Shown: positions 1-13,130, counted from the first letter of the whole stretch. The stretch is 63,252 nt of DNA, filler included, from Dicyema japonicum (GCA_011109175.1; 9 parts of 9 records of this genome joined end to end with filler, not necessarily neighbours in it), one strand, 5' to 3'. Numbers and translations are program-made. Notes: generated by a model from the letters alone, not told the origin.

Positions 1-250
1 TCAAAAAGGAGTGCTCCAAGCGGGTCCCCTTGTTGGAAACCGATCTGAGAACACATAATATTATTTTCGAAGACATCTCTACTGTCCGAACCATACGCTA
101 GGGTAGGCAATATCCATATCTCTTAAACCCTGCCGTTCGTGTATGGTGTCTAAAAGATCACAATTCTGTCCGAAAGGGGATGAAAAAATTTATAAATGTG
201 ATAAAGCTGAGCATTCGTGCAAGGAAGGGACATCATCTGCTCTTTCATCT
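1..250 (-). mobile_element. Non-LTR retrotransposon reverse transcriptase fragment
   Basis: Minus strand reads ...LAYGSDSRDVFEN-IMCSQIGFQQGDPLGALLF, the RT (Q)QGDPL motif. It runs off the window start and is frameshifted upstream. Confidence 0.7.
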
Positions 251-1559
251 TTGACCGACCACCCTATCGACAAATTGACTTCAAAAGAAATGGTATTACA
301 AGATGGAGTTTCTTCAACCGTTTCTTCTCCACATATACTGTTTATACACACTGATGCATATTACACGAGTCCAAGGTTAGACTTTCTTGTAAGAAATTCT
401 TCATTCGTTCTCTGTGATTTCTTTTATTAGAGTTAAGTGGTCTTTTCCAAAGGGAAATCTTTATAACTGCCTTTCTCAATATCGGTCTTTAGCTTGGGGA
501 AAAGATCATTTTCCAGACCCATAGATCAGAGACAGTATAGCACTTGAAAAGACAATGAGGAACGTCTCTTCTATTTACACTGCAAGTCGTCTTTCGGATA
601 TTGTTTTTGACTTTAAAAAAGCGTGTCTACTGAGTAAATTAATATTTTCGTGCGTAGAGAGTATGTCATAGGAAAGTTTGTCATGACAATGTCGAACAGC
701 TGCTGACTGAAGATTGATCCCTGTATAACTCCTCTTTTGTCCATGTCTGAGATACAAGTATACTATGTTTGGAAAGTTCATTATCCATTTTATCCAGTTT
801 TTGGATTAATATATTTTATTTAAGAAAGAAAAGAGAGTAAATGATAATATAGCGGCTCCCCTGACTGCCTGGCTATTCTCTCTCTGAGATTCGCTCAAAT
901 AACCAGCAGCACTCACGAAGGTGTCTTGATCCAGCTTTTAATTATTCAATAACATCATTGGAGATTAAGGCAAAGGATGTAGGTCCTTGTTAGAGGATAA
1001 GATATAATATTCTTAATATCCTAATAAGCGACCACTTCGATAATAGACCACTCCACTCATCTGGGGTTTTATCAAAATCCTTTGAATCTTGACGCTTCTG
1101 CAGTTCTTCAGTAATCAACAGACGTTATAGGAGACTTATACGAGGTAGATAGGTAAGAACCAGGAAAGTCATAACATCAGCTGATTATCTAGAACTTAAA
1201 ATCAATTGTGTCTAGTTTAACGGTGACCGACTGCAACAAGTCCATCCAAGGGCACTCAGAAGTCCACCGAGAACCCTTGGAGATTAAATAGAGAGACCAA
1301 TTTTTAGAAGTAATGGGAACCTCCAAGAAACGATTTAGTGGGTTGATGAAAAGTAAATGCTCCTTATAGGTTCCTCTCGAGAAAGGAACATTTTATAGTA
1401 AGAGAAAGGCGTCGAACAGTAGGCAATGGTGGAATCTGACGCATTTCAACACCGAGATCAACTCAGCCTAAATATGTGTAGAGATCCCTCAAAGAAATGA
1501 ACCAGTAGTGTAAGGGAATGGTATATGATCCGAAATATCGCAGGAATCTCTTACTACCA

Positions 1560-1800
1560 TTAACCTAATTAGTACGTTAAACTGTCAAAAGGCTAGGTAT
1601 ATACCTGCCATGGCCACCTTCTCAGGTTAATTCATGAAATTCCACGAGGACAGTAGAATTCCAACGTTTTCGACCAGTATGAGTTTCTGTAGGTACAACA
1701 TTATAATCAGATAATCTATTCCTGAGAATTTAGGAAGAAATTAGGAGAACACAGCGAATCCAGCCATCTTTCACTCCACTGGAGGAGTTTTCACAACTGC
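1560..1800 (-). mobile_element. Possible degenerate AP-endonuclease start of the same LINE
   Basis: Minus strand LSDYNVVPTETH...GGHGRY resembles APE motifs. It lies about 1.7 kb upstream of the RT QG motif, as expected for an APE-RT ORF2. Heavily decayed. Confidence 0.3.
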
Positions 1801-3629
1801 TAGGAATGGATGTCATTTACTTTTGTAATGGTTCTGCATTGACTTGTGTGACGTGAAGGACACTGTTTCTGTGACAGTGGAAACTGGATTCACTTAAGTA
1901 GTTATTTACTGTTAATATCTTTCTCGGTGAATCCGGGGTTAATAAATTAACATATTCCTCCCATGATCATGGACGAGGTGACAGACTCAAGAGACATCGT
2001 AGCGAAAGTTTGAATAGAGAGTGCCAAGTACACGTAGGGAGTCCCTTGGACTCATACAATGGAAAGAATTCACATGGATGCAGACGAACATATTGAGAGG
2101 CGATCGCACAACGCACGAGGCACCAAGCAGGGCCACTCTTATGTTCCGGCACTTGCTGCAAATCAGAAGGATCTTCGACTATCGCTAGAAAACATGACGA
2201 ACACAGACAGGAAATGCTTTTTACAGTCGGAACGTACTAGGATACAGAGAAAAATCAGAAAATTTAACAGTGAACATGTTGCAAACGATTTGGATGCCAG
2301 GCTAAAGGAAGTGGAGAATTTAAATGAATGTGTGTGCGCAGATGTTCTTGCAATGCGCCTGCTTAAGAGAAGAAACTAAAAGGGCAAACTAAAAATTAAG
2401 GATTACAAAAAGAATATGATTTTTGACGCTACGAAATAAGCCGAATTTATATAATTCATCATACTGCACTTATAGAGAGATCCAGATATTCATAAAGTAC
2501 CTGGAGTGCTTCCTTGAAAAACAAATAGCAATCTTGTCTCTTCCGAGCATTGTCTTTAGTCATTTTACCACATTTTCAACTTCTCCATTATTTATAGAGC
2601 TATGACGTAAAAAAAAGAAATAATTACTTTTTCCAGCTTTTGTTATAGAGAGCTAGGGCCAAACGAAACAGTCGCTCATCAGGGTTAACGTGATGTTTTT
2701 TAGAGGGTTTATCCCAAACAAATTAGGAATTTCTTCCAAAAAAATAAGAGACCTATCATGACATTGCAACTTTAAATTCCTTTTCTGGATTTACGTGCGG
2801 TTATTTATTATTTCCAAAAAGTTTGGTTTCTTTCGATACAATTCGCTCCACTGAGCTATTCAAAAATTATTCTTCTTAACTTTTTCTAATCTGCGTATTT
2901 CTTGCGTGATCATCATAATTTCTAGCTCCATGAGTATTCGGTCATGGGGATCAGGACATCGACGTAGATCGTTTTTCAAACATTGTTTCCTTTTCAAAAA
3001 GCAATAACAATTTTTGTTGTCGAATGAGAATTCTTGTTAACCAAATAGACTTTATTCGACTATATGTTTCGAGGTACGATTAAAAAAACAATTAGATTCA
3101 CTAGAACTCTCAAGATCCACTTGGAAGACTCCGGATTACAAAAATTCCCAAAACGTTCAAATATATAAAATGCTTTTTCGGTAGTGTCCCAGTTTATATT
3201 TGTCAGATCATAGCGACTAGAGCAAGCTGACGTCTAAACGAGTTAGGTTGAGTTTATAAAGAATTGCTAAATCATAACTACTAATATTAAGAGTAATTGG
3301 TCGTTCCAAAATTGATGATCAAATTCCGATATTAACGCCAATCCAAAATAATCTGACCCAATTGGAGAATAGTGATTCGGGTCGAGGAAATCACAACAGA
3401 AAACCCAGAAGACACAGACATGTCCTTTAAAACAAGGCCTTCTCTGTTCGTCCCCAAACAACAAAACAAGATATCTCTCGAGTTTAAGCCCCCAAAAAGG
3501 ATCGAGAACAGTGCATTTTTATCATGAAAAAAATTCTCGATAAGGATACCAAGATTGCAAATTTTTAAGTCAAAATTTAGTATTTATAAAGTCAGAAAAA
3601 TCGCTCTAGTTATAACAAAAATAAAATTG

Positions 3630-3850
3630 AAGTAGACGATGACGCCGCTATCAACGAGTATCATCCTGAGGAAGTAAATTGTTTTCTGGTTTTCACAAAC
3701 AAGAAAAAAATCAAGTAAATATTCAATGTCTTAGATATGCTTTGGATTAATTAACATTACTGGTCTTACTCTAAAATAAAGTGTGACTTCTGCCTAAGGT
3801 GAGGTTTAAGTTATGGAAACAATACATACTCTTTCCGAAAGGGCTGTTAA
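3630..3850 (+). mobile_element. SINE family 1, old 5'-truncated copy
   Basis: Diverged match (gatgacgccgctatcaacgag...caagaaaaaaatcaag...aaataaagtgtgacttctgcct) to the core, A-tract and 3' domain of the copies at 4612, 20483 and 62667. Confidence 0.5.
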
Positions 3851-4189
3851 ATTAATAAAATTGTATAATTTCAATAAATGAGTTTATGACAACATTCAAT
3901 TTTAGATGATGAATAGTATTAATATTTTTTGAATAAAAACGTTTTAATACAAAAAACAAACAGTTACAACTAGTAGCCAGTAGAAGAAAGTCAATTGAAA
4001 CGAATTGTTGAAATCAATCAAAAATAGCATTTGTGAGGATTTAGGAAAGTTGACAATTGAAAGAGCCTAAAAATGGGACAATACAACAATTATATTTTTA
4101 TTTTTAAATAGAAAATCACTTAGTCAAAAAAAAATTAAATGTTCTATTAATTAATCCGAAAAAAAAAATCAGTGTCAACCAAAGATATA

Positions 4190-4500
4190 AATAGATCCTA
4201 TTCGTTACTGATGTATACAGTCGGTAATAAAATTATACATAACCACGTTAGTTTTGCTTTTGCAAGGACGTTGTTAATAAGTCGACATTTGAAGTATGTC
4301 AGAATTTGGAGTAGCTTTTCCACTTATATGGATCTTGTCAAATTCTGCAGTCGGACAACGGGACTGAATTTAAAAATTCCAACATTTAAGCTTTATGTGA
4401 GAAATTCAGAATATGTCACAGCCATGGAAAACCAAACAATCCTAGATCTCAAGTTTGTATACATGAAAAACAGTCTACTAATGAAGTTTGAGAGTTTACA
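4190..4500 (+). mobile_element. DDE integrase core fragment (Ginger/KRBA2- or LTR-type), frameshifted
   Basis: GSCQILQSDNGTEFK followed, after a frameshift, by ALCEKFRICHSHGKPNNPRSQ. This matches the integrase LQSDNGxEF...HGxPxxPxSQG pattern. Confidence 0.7.
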
Positions 4501-4611
4501 TTAAATAAAATAACTTAATGGATTTGAAATGATTTCCACTTATATAGTATGTTGAAGACTTGTACTTGAAAAAGAACAATTCCACGAATAATCAATAGAG
4601 TGGCTTAGTGG

Positions 4612-4930
4612 TGGGTGGCTTAGTGGTTAGGTGTCGGGCTTAAGTGGCTTAGGCTACGGGTTCGAATCTCGCTGCTGTTCACCTGGTGGAAGGTTCCACG
4701 CATCTACGATGCAGAAAGGGTTTGACGAGTGACGCCGTCATCAGTGAATACTCACTGCGGAACTGGATTGTCTAGAAAGGACACTCACACAAGAAAAAGA
4801 AAAAAGAAGTTAAGATCATTCCTTGGTTCTACGATTAGTTAAAATTAACTGTTCTTTAGTTAAATAAAGTGTGTGTCCTGCCTATGCGGAGCTATAAAAT
4901 ACTATGGCTCTAGTGAAAAGGCTTTTAAAA
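4612..4930 (+). mobile_element. tRNA-derived SINE family 1
   Basis: Pol III A-box TGGCTTAGTGG (4617) and B-box GGTTCGAATC (about 4659), then a hairpin-rich core, an internal A-tract (about 4790-4809) and a 120-bp 3' domain shared with three other copies. Confidence 0.85.
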
Positions 4931-6104
4931 AAATCAATAGAGTACCCATCACGTGTAATTATTTATATTTCACTATGTAATGACCTTTGACGGCATCGCT
5001 ACTAAGTACCACAGGGTGCAAGTTGATTTCTGTCGTTATTATGAAAGGCAACACAACGTCAGGTAATGTCGGCTGGATTTTTTGTGTTAATTAATTGATT
5101 AATTTCGTTTGTTAAGGTAATAAGTAGAATAATAACAAAAACTTGTATAGAATTGTAGATATTTTCGCAAGTTGTTCTTTTTTTTCATAAGTATAATATC
5201 AAATAATTTTTCCTTGACAGTTAAATCGTGGAAGATTAAACGAGAAAATACACATAGTTGCGTGATAAAACCCTCTGTGATCGACAGTTGGCCTTAATAC
5301 AATACGGCTTCGTTTTATCAAAGATCTTAAGATCAAGACAAATGATAAAAAAATTGATTTGGATAAAAATTGAGGACTATCTTAGCTGAAACAACTGGAG
5401 ACATAAGTGGGAAATCACATCCGTACTAAAGAAAGTGGTTGTCTGACTAAACTTAATAGCCAGACCCTTTTCCAGTTAATCTACATTGCAATCGTGATAG
5501 GAAAAGTATCGTGGATTATGTTGGTGAGGACCATTTTGTTATAAATAAATTAAATTTAGATTCATTTAGTAATTACAAACATCAGGAAAATCGAACTAAT
5601 TATCCAGCGATAACTAAAAAAATTAGATGTTAATCTATGCTAAAAAAACTAATGTTTGTCTCAATATGATCGCTTTAAAAGTGCTAACAAATAGAACACG
5701 NAGTTTTATAATGGAGTTGACACAGAGGACAAAACAACGATATCAGAAACGTATGAAATGATGGATAAGTGAGAAAATGTAGCTCAAAATACATCTTTTG
5801 AGACATTATAAAAATATAATGAGTTTAGATTTCAACTTGGAAAAGATTTAAGAAATAAGAAAAATTTGAAATTGACTGATTATTTCAAAAAATGCTTTAA
5901 AAATAATGATTTATTAATTAATCAAAGTCAAATAAAAAACATAGAATAAAAATCTATCAAACTATAGAGCAAAAAAAGCACAACTTATTGTATTATCGCC
6001 TTATAAACACTTTGGAAGATGTGAAAAAGTTCTTTGTTCGCAAAGTAAACAAAAATGTAAGTTAAATGAACTATAATTCAATAGTTTGAACCAGACCCCA
6101 GTTT

Positions 6105-6162
6105 AGAAGGGCACCCCCGCTTTTTGGGGCACTTTGGTGCCCCACCCCGGGGTTAGACTGTA
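6105..6162 (-). mobile_element. Probable Tc1/mariner-type or MITE terminus
   Basis: Minus strand TA|CAGTCTAACC... with a GC-rich subterminal hairpin GGGGCAC-TTTG-GTGCCCC (6126-6143). No partner end was found. Confidence 0.35.
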
Positions 6163-6229
6163 CTTCGTTTTAGCATGCGACTTTAAATTAATAAGTCGAT
6201 CAAAAGTCCAAGATAATCTGTTGACTAAA

Positions 6230-6705
6230 TGAAGGAATTGAGGAAGTACTTCAACGACAATTTCTGCATGGATGAACTTCAGTGACAGTGTTGAAGAAAA
6301 TATAAGCGAAAAACAAGAAAATCTAAATACTCTTAAAAAAGTCCTCGAAAATTTAAGAAGACTTATAATCACATAATAGTCGTCTTTAAAGAGACAATGA
6401 AAGCTAGGAGATTAAGAATTTAGTGGCAGACCCCCCTGTTGCTAGTCCACAGGTCTCCGAACTTACACTAGTATTAGTTGTTAGTTCTCCATTTTTTGAA
6501 CAGATCAAGGATTGCGCGAAACTACTTAGAAAGTTTTCTTGCAAGGAAATTCTAATCAGAAGCTTTGAAACTATGGTTAATGCGATTGAGAAATTTTATT
6601 CGTTCACATGACCCTCTTCCTCAACGTAAATGTGCCGAATCGCTGTCTGAACATCGGGAAAAATTGGGAAGACTGCTGAGGGAATTAGGGATTACCTAAT
6701 TATTT
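6230..6705 (+). mobile_element. CR1/Jockey-like LINE ('family X') 3' fragment
   Basis: Ends PLPQRKCAESLSEHREKLGRLLRELGIT*, homologous to the ORF end at 60111-60344 and to the copy at 58935. Confidence 0.6.
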
Positions 6706-6779
6706 TTGTTTAGGCTATGACAGTGATTTTCTGGTTCAATAAATTTAAATAACCGGGAAAATTTGAATTTTGTAATGGC

Positions 6780-7190
6780 TCTCCCAGGTCACTATGGAAA
6801 CAACACTTACAAAAACCCTCCAACATTTCTAGACCATCCTTTTACGGCCGATACTATTCGTGTTCCATCAGAAAGGAACGGCCGTTAAAATGTTACCCTC
6901 GATGCACAAGTGTGTTTTCCAAGTGTATAGAAAGTGCGTTGTGTTGCGAAGGAACATCCAGTAAAGTTGAGAAGCGACCTCTACAGCCAATATAGTCATT
7001 GAAGGCTATTCTGCTTGCCAAAGGAGCTGTTTTTGTAGAACACCAAGATTAAATCTACCACTTTTACTACTGGATGACTCAAACATTCAACAGGGGTTGA
7101 AAACAGCGGAAGACCTAGAGTCTATGACATCATTGGCTACAATTGAGGAATATGGAAGACTGAGTATTGGACTGCACGTGGGGTCTATAA
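6780..7190 (+). mobile_element. RTE-like LINE 3' fragment
   Basis: ATSTANIVIEGY...RTPRLNLPLLLLDD...LKTAEDLESMTSLA resembles the RTE C-terminus (compare the end of the 17.5 kb element). Confidence 0.45.
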
Positions 7191-7289
7191 GAACTATGGT
7201 AGTTAATAACTGTGGACGACATAGACTCTATGGGACCATTGGCTTTTGAGGTGTCGCAAATATACCACGTCAACGTATTTTGTCCTTAA

Positions 7290-8699
7290 ATTGAATTTAC
7301 TTCAATTTTCGATTTAAAAATGTTGACGGAGTTCTTGGTTTCACTTTCCTGGTTTGTCTCGCACAGATCTCTTAAAATTGTAACTGCTTTTCGAGTTGTT
7401 TACGTCTCATCTCTTCATTGAGAATTCTATCCATTTTATTTGCTTATTTTTCCGCGGATTTAAACCTCGCTTTCAGATGTCGAGATTCTTTCTGAGTTGT
7501 TATCTCCCAAAATCAAGTCAACTCTCAATAATATCATAATGAACTTATATTTCTTCAAGTCAATGTTGTTTTTAGCCTTGTGACTTTTCCAAGCTAGTTT
7601 CCAATTCTTATGCACATTCGTTGTCCCTACTTTTTAGGAATCCTAACTATTTTGGTAAACTCTGAAATTACAGTACCTCTTCCTCTAATTCTGCTCTGGC
7701 AGTCAAATTTTTCTGAAAATCAATTCTACAGAATCCGAAACTCTTTCTACTTCCGGATTCTAGCTTATTACTCCAATGATTTTCGATAAACTTGAGTTTA
7801 TTTTTTAGTTCATCTTTGTTATTCGAGATCTCCACCTTCACCACCCCCAATCTCTGCGGATAAATGACTCGAATCTCCACCAAAGCTAATTTCTTGATCT
7901 CTTTGTTCCTCGAATTCAGCTGCATTATAAGATCATCACACTGACAGATGATTTCGGATTTCTCAATTTCGAGAATCTGTATTTCTCGTCACATTTTTCG
8001 AGTTTCTAGTATTCTCCTGATTATTTAACTACCTTAGATTATATTATATCAGTTGTGACCCCTTCGGCTGGTTAATCTTCACTTTCTTTTCCTCCATCAT
8101 CCTATCTATGTGTAGCGTCAATTCCTTGAGTTTTCCTTAACCTTCTTTGATGTATTTTTTCATCAAATCGAAATCCTCGTCGTGTTTAGCGGCTTCTTCT
8201 AGCAAAATTTCCAGTTTACTTTAATCTCAGTTTATCTTTTACTTTATATAGTCGATTTTCTAGCCAAGCATAAATATTCAGTATTCGTTTATTACTCGTT
8301 TTACTTGATATGCATTCTTGTTCTCATGTAGCTACTCTAATTCCACACTAACTGATTTCAAATTAGTCTTCAGCCTCTCAAGCATCATATCATTGATTGT
8401 CCCCAAATTTATTTCATTTTTGATTCATCTCTTTACTTTATAGAGGGTCATGTTAGTTATGGTTTCAAACAAACATGGGAATAGTCAATTTCTTTATCAC
8501 GTTTTTTTAAAATTTCGGAATCTAACTTTTGCTATGATCGACCTCGGAACGGAGTAGGAAAGTTTTTTCATGTAATTTTAAAGATGTTGTTAAGTTATGA
8601 CCTTAATCTACAAATTTTTCGATAGCCTTGTTCTCCTCATTGGCTAGCATTATTGAGAGACCATCGTTAATTGCTGTTTTTTTAAATGTTTTTAGCCAT
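7290..8699 (-). pseudogene. CCDC39: CCDC39 (axonemal 96-nm ruler protein) pseudogene, N-terminal half
   Basis: Minus-strand segments DGLSIMLANEENKAIE, LEILLEEAAKHDEDFDLMKKY and KNKLKFIENHWSNKLESGSRKS are colinear with the human CCDC39 N-terminus as recalled ([51 protein letters not shown]). Many stops and frameshifts, with intron-like interruptions. Confidence 0.8.
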
Positions 8700-8879
8700 A
8701 TTTTATTTTTTCTGATTTCTGTTAACAAAATAAATTATTTAAAAATTAATATTTTTTTTTTATTTTAAGTACCTCTTTGGTTGAGGTGGTGACTTTTCAT
8801 TCTTGAACATATGTCTTATTCACGTTCATTAACAAGGGCTAAACTGTTGAAATAAACAATAATGAGCACTCTCGCGAAT

Positions 8880-9345
8880 TCAGAAGTCCCTCACAACTCT
8901 CTTTACATCAGACAAGATACTGGGAAGACGGACGTTCGATTAGAAAACTACAATGGTGTTATCCCGTTTAGAAGAAAGATCCTTGGGTAGCTTTTGACAT
9001 GCACATGTCATTCAAAGAAGGAAATAGTCCTATTCTGAATACTATTTACAACCAATTCCTTGAACCATGCATTTCTTATATTTTGCATTGGAGATCAATT
9101 CATTTTTTGGACGAATGTCTTGAAGAGATAGCCTAAATAGAGCCTCAAAATTACGGAGCTACGGACTTCTGAGTAGTCCCAGCTTCTAATGCCTCTAGAA
9201 TCCATGATACGCATGAAACGTGGAACGTGCCGTCTTGACTATGAGGATCCAGTCATTCTGTTGATACGTACTTGTTTGAGGTCGAGGGAGGAGCATCGGG
9301 CAAAGTTGAAGTATCTGCTAGTATCTGGATCACGTGATTAGTTTA
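8880..9345 (+). mobile_element. Family X LINE 3' fragment
   Basis: Thumb remnants (LGVAFDMHMSF; IYNQFLEPCISY) then YEDPVILLIRTCLRSREEHRAKLK and ...ATCACGTGA. Confidence 0.6.
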
Positions 9346-12300
9346 TTTGTGCAACCGTGGTATCTGGTGTTATTATTATAAATAATTAAACTTTTCACGT
9401 TAATAACAGTTTTGATAATTATTCTTTCGGATATTTTCTTGCTTTTTCTTTTAACTAGTCAAGGTCTTTTGCATTTTCAAGCTTCTTATCGATTTTTTAG
9501 TTCCTGGTTCAAGATAGATAGTATTGTATCTCTTGGCCTACCACGGAATGCTCTTCCGAATTGTATATAAATATTTGATGAATGATCATTGAATTTTAAG
9601 GACGATAGATCTTTTGACGGTGAAGAGAGAGGAGATTCGATCAAATACCAAAGGCTGGCAGAAATTCAATATGTTTGGATCAATGGTCAGTCAGTGGATG
9701 TACGGGGAGAATCCAGACAACGATGGATGACATTATATAAACTACAATCGAAATGACTGAGAATCTCGTGTAGTCATTTATCTAGGAAATGACGTCTCTG
9801 TTGTATAATTGTGGGAGAAGAAAAATCTGTCAATGTGAGAAACTAAAATCGTGAAACAAATAAACACTCCCCGTTGCAATTCAAAATCTAAGAACAGCAA
9901 AATAAAGCAAGAAGAGTTAGTGACCGTGATAACCTCCACAATTTCTCATCCTCTGAAGAAGCGTGGAGAAATCTAAATGATAGTATCTTCCGAAGAGTTC
10001 CTAGAACAACGAGAATCATCATAGCTCTTTTTAGTTTGACAGAATGTCTAGTCCGCAAGATCAGGGCAATGATCCAATGGCCACCAAAGATCCAAGTGAG
10101 ACATGATGGCTTTGAGGGAGCATCTCGATACCATTGTCAGAGAAAACGGGATGGCCATTCTAGGTCCCTAATTAAGTGCTCTTTTAACTATTTAATATTT
10201 TAAAAACTTTTTTAATTAAAAATAAATTAATCATAAATTGCGGGTAAGAAACATTTTATTTATGAAATAGCAGAAAGCGATTTATTCTATAAACTTCCAC
10301 AACAACTCCAAATAGCACAAATTTTTAAACATGTTTTTATTCCTATTTGAGGACAAATCTATTATTAAAGTAATTTTAACTTAAATGGCAATGTTATTTC
10401 CTCTAACGATAGAAAATTCTACAAAATTTGCTCATTAAGGCATTTCATGGAGATATTCAACCATGTTACTAGCATATTGATTCCTTGGATGGTCGACAAT
10501 TTCCTCATTATTTTCATTATGTAAGCAGACAGTTCATTCATTCTGTTTTTTAATTAATTGAGATTTACCACCTTATCGTAAACTTTATACATTATAAGTA
10601 CATAAACAAAAAACAAAGATTTTGTACATTAAAGTACAAAGATTTTGATATATTCAAACTTGAGGGCGTAGCGATTCTTTATTATTGTGATCAGTACTAA
10701 TTTTCACTTCAAGCATTTTACTATTGTTGTAATTGTTGTAACCAACGTCTATTTTTAGAATAAATCATGTAAGCAGACAGTTCATTCATTCTAAAAATAG
10801 ACGCTGAGTATTGGGCAGGAATTCTTTTGCTTCTGTAATGAGTTAGGAAAACCATTCAGAGATATGGTAACTCATCCAGAAAAATTATGATCTGCCATAA
10901 AAAGTGCTCCCCAATAGAATTCCTTTCCAGACAAAAAAGAAAAAACTTCCGGAGGGCAGTTGGGTCACTGGTGAAACATTCAAGAAGAACTCGGGAGATG
11001 TTGGAGACTGGGATTACCCAATTAGTGGGTTAACTTTTCTTTCTTGGTAGTCTTTGTGTTTAAATAAAAAAATAAATTGTTACTACTACAAAACCGTGTT
11101 TAATTGAGAAGGTCACTGAAAAGTTAAGACTTATCAGAAAATATCCTGAGAATTATATGAACTCAGTTTATAGGTAGACACGATATCTAACAAGAAATGA
11201 CGTAAAAAAGTACCTTGTATAAGTTACCTTTAAGTCGGAAAAGTTAATTGCTTTTAGAAAAGCCAATTTTAACAAGTTAATCTCGTTAATCTACGACCTC
11301 TCATGAAATTTAAACTTAAAAATAAATAAAATTATTTTTATTAAAGTTGAAAAATAAAAATTCATTATTAATTTTTTCTTAATTAATTTATTATGCGTGT
11401 TATTCGAGTCTCATTCAAATGACTCTATTAATCTGATTACTACTTCAAATTTTGAAATACAAGGTGTATTCCCTTAAAGAAAAAGTACATAAGAGTTTTC
11501 CCCATCACTCTAAATACATTATAATTTCATTTTTACCAAACATTGATACTACATTGTATTGAGAATGTATGTATTCCCTCCCAGTTCTTGCCCCAAATGA
11601 TTTAGTTTATTATCGCTGTATGTCCACTTTATCACTAACTTGTTAGAATAGAGAACAGAAATAAAAACACTATATTCAATACAACAAGTTTGTGAGAGTA
11701 CGTCTTCGCCCCGAACTTAAGCTTGTTTCCTTTAAAATTGCCCTAAATCAATTGGACAATGTTCTAAGACACTACAACTAACCATAATCTTAATCTCATA
11801 ACTTTCAGAGAAAAAATAGTCCTTCAAAGAATGTCTATTTTAATCACAAACTACAAAAATGTTGAGTGGAAATTAATTCATTCTTGCAAAGATAAAACTT
11901 ATGTGGTATGAAGTAAATAACCTCATGTCCACCCTAAGCTCACAGTCCTCCTACACGAGGATGTAGAATACTCTTCGTGGCTAAACGCTTCTATGAACAC
12001 GCTTCTTGTGAAGATTTTTTTCAAAAGGTTTAAGGATGATTATCCGATGAAAGAGCAACGAGTACCGGAAACCGTTTTTCGGAGATCTAAGAGTCTAGGA
12101 ATATGTCAACCCGCGCATCAACAATTAAAAACATTTTGAAGAGGTTTTAGAGACCACATCACTGTAAAGGTAGCAAATTTCGTTTTATTGTCGTTGATAG
12201 AATATTCCTTACGGAAAGTGACTTGGAGGTCTCAGGTCCATTAATAAAGACTAAAGTATTAACAAACTTTGTTTTCCTGATCACTCATCATCAACCAAAA

Positions 12301-12839
12301 GACCATGGCCAGACTCTACATATTCAAGTTACCTCGAGGGTTTTCCAGTATTTTGATAAAAAANNNNNNNNNNNNNNNNNNNNNNNNNNNNNNNNNNNNN
12401 NNNNNNNTTAATTAATTAANNNNNNNNNNNNNNNNNNNNNNNNNNNNNNNNNNNNNNNNNNNNTTTGCAGTTTTCTGGATGTTCTTTTCTGATTTTTCTT
12501 TGTTTTTCTCTTTTTTCTCTAGCACCACAACGATCACAACGCGCAATTGCTTAATTCCAATACCGGATGTCATGTACCTTGCAGTATAAGAAATAAGAAG
12601 CATAAAATATCCCATTCAACTATATATTTCCGATCGAATTATTAACAACAATCTGTGCTATAATATTTTTTGTAGGTGCAGACTCTATTGGATTGAATGA
12701 GACCAAAAAATTAATTTTATGAAGTTTAATTTCAGAACATTAGTTTTCTTTTCGTATTTCGTAATTACGTTTTCAACATGAAGAAAATTAATTTTTGATT
12801 CAAAGACGGGATGACCATATTTCCCTTTGAGGTCGGGAA

Positions 12840-13130
12840 ACCACTTGTTTAGGACGTGACATGTACAGACACGCTCGCTCTGAACAATCTTCACGAGTGC
12901 GCTTCAAGGGCCTGCTCTGCAGCCGTAAAAATGGAGAAGGCTAAACTCGAAAAATACGGCGGCCTTCCAGATAATATCCAAATTGTTCCGCTTGCTAAAG
13001 AGACTTCCGGATCCTACTTCCCCTCTACACAAGAGTTTTTCGGACGTCTTGGAAACCGGATCACCTCATGCACTAGAGATTTCCACGAACGCCGCTGGCT
13101 TTTTGAGCGAATTCGCTCGCAATTCTGAGA
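12840..13130 (+). mobile_element. CRE-like retrotransposon, RLE endonuclease C-terminus
   Basis: PLV*DVTCTDTLA...AKLEKY...VPLAKETSG...RLGNRI...WLFERI is the RLE tail typical of CRE elements. Confidence 0.85.

Noticed and set aside
2059-2379. 106-aa ORF as a host gene
   Set aside because: It more likely derives from a LINE endonuclease-RT linker, and no motif is strong enough to call.
2655-2685. CGAAAC...CTCATCAG (CTGATGAG on minus) as a hammerhead
   Set aside because: The two core halves lie on opposite strands.
4612-4690. Functional tRNA gene
   Set aside because: A and B boxes are present, but I could not fold a complete cloverleaf and the sequence continues into a repeated SINE body.
4720-4765. 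Hammerhead-like TTGACGAG plus stem in SINE 1
   Set aside because: The required GAAA after stem II is missing and C3 is altered, so it is not a canonical hammerhead.
12364-12463. TTAATTAATTAA centred in about 100-nt N runs (also near 15.99, 19.80, 35.41, 43.60, 47.12, 51.24 and 54.84 kb)
   Set aside because: An identical six-frame-stop linker inside fixed-size gaps is a scaffolding artefact. ORFs made of X are also artefacts.
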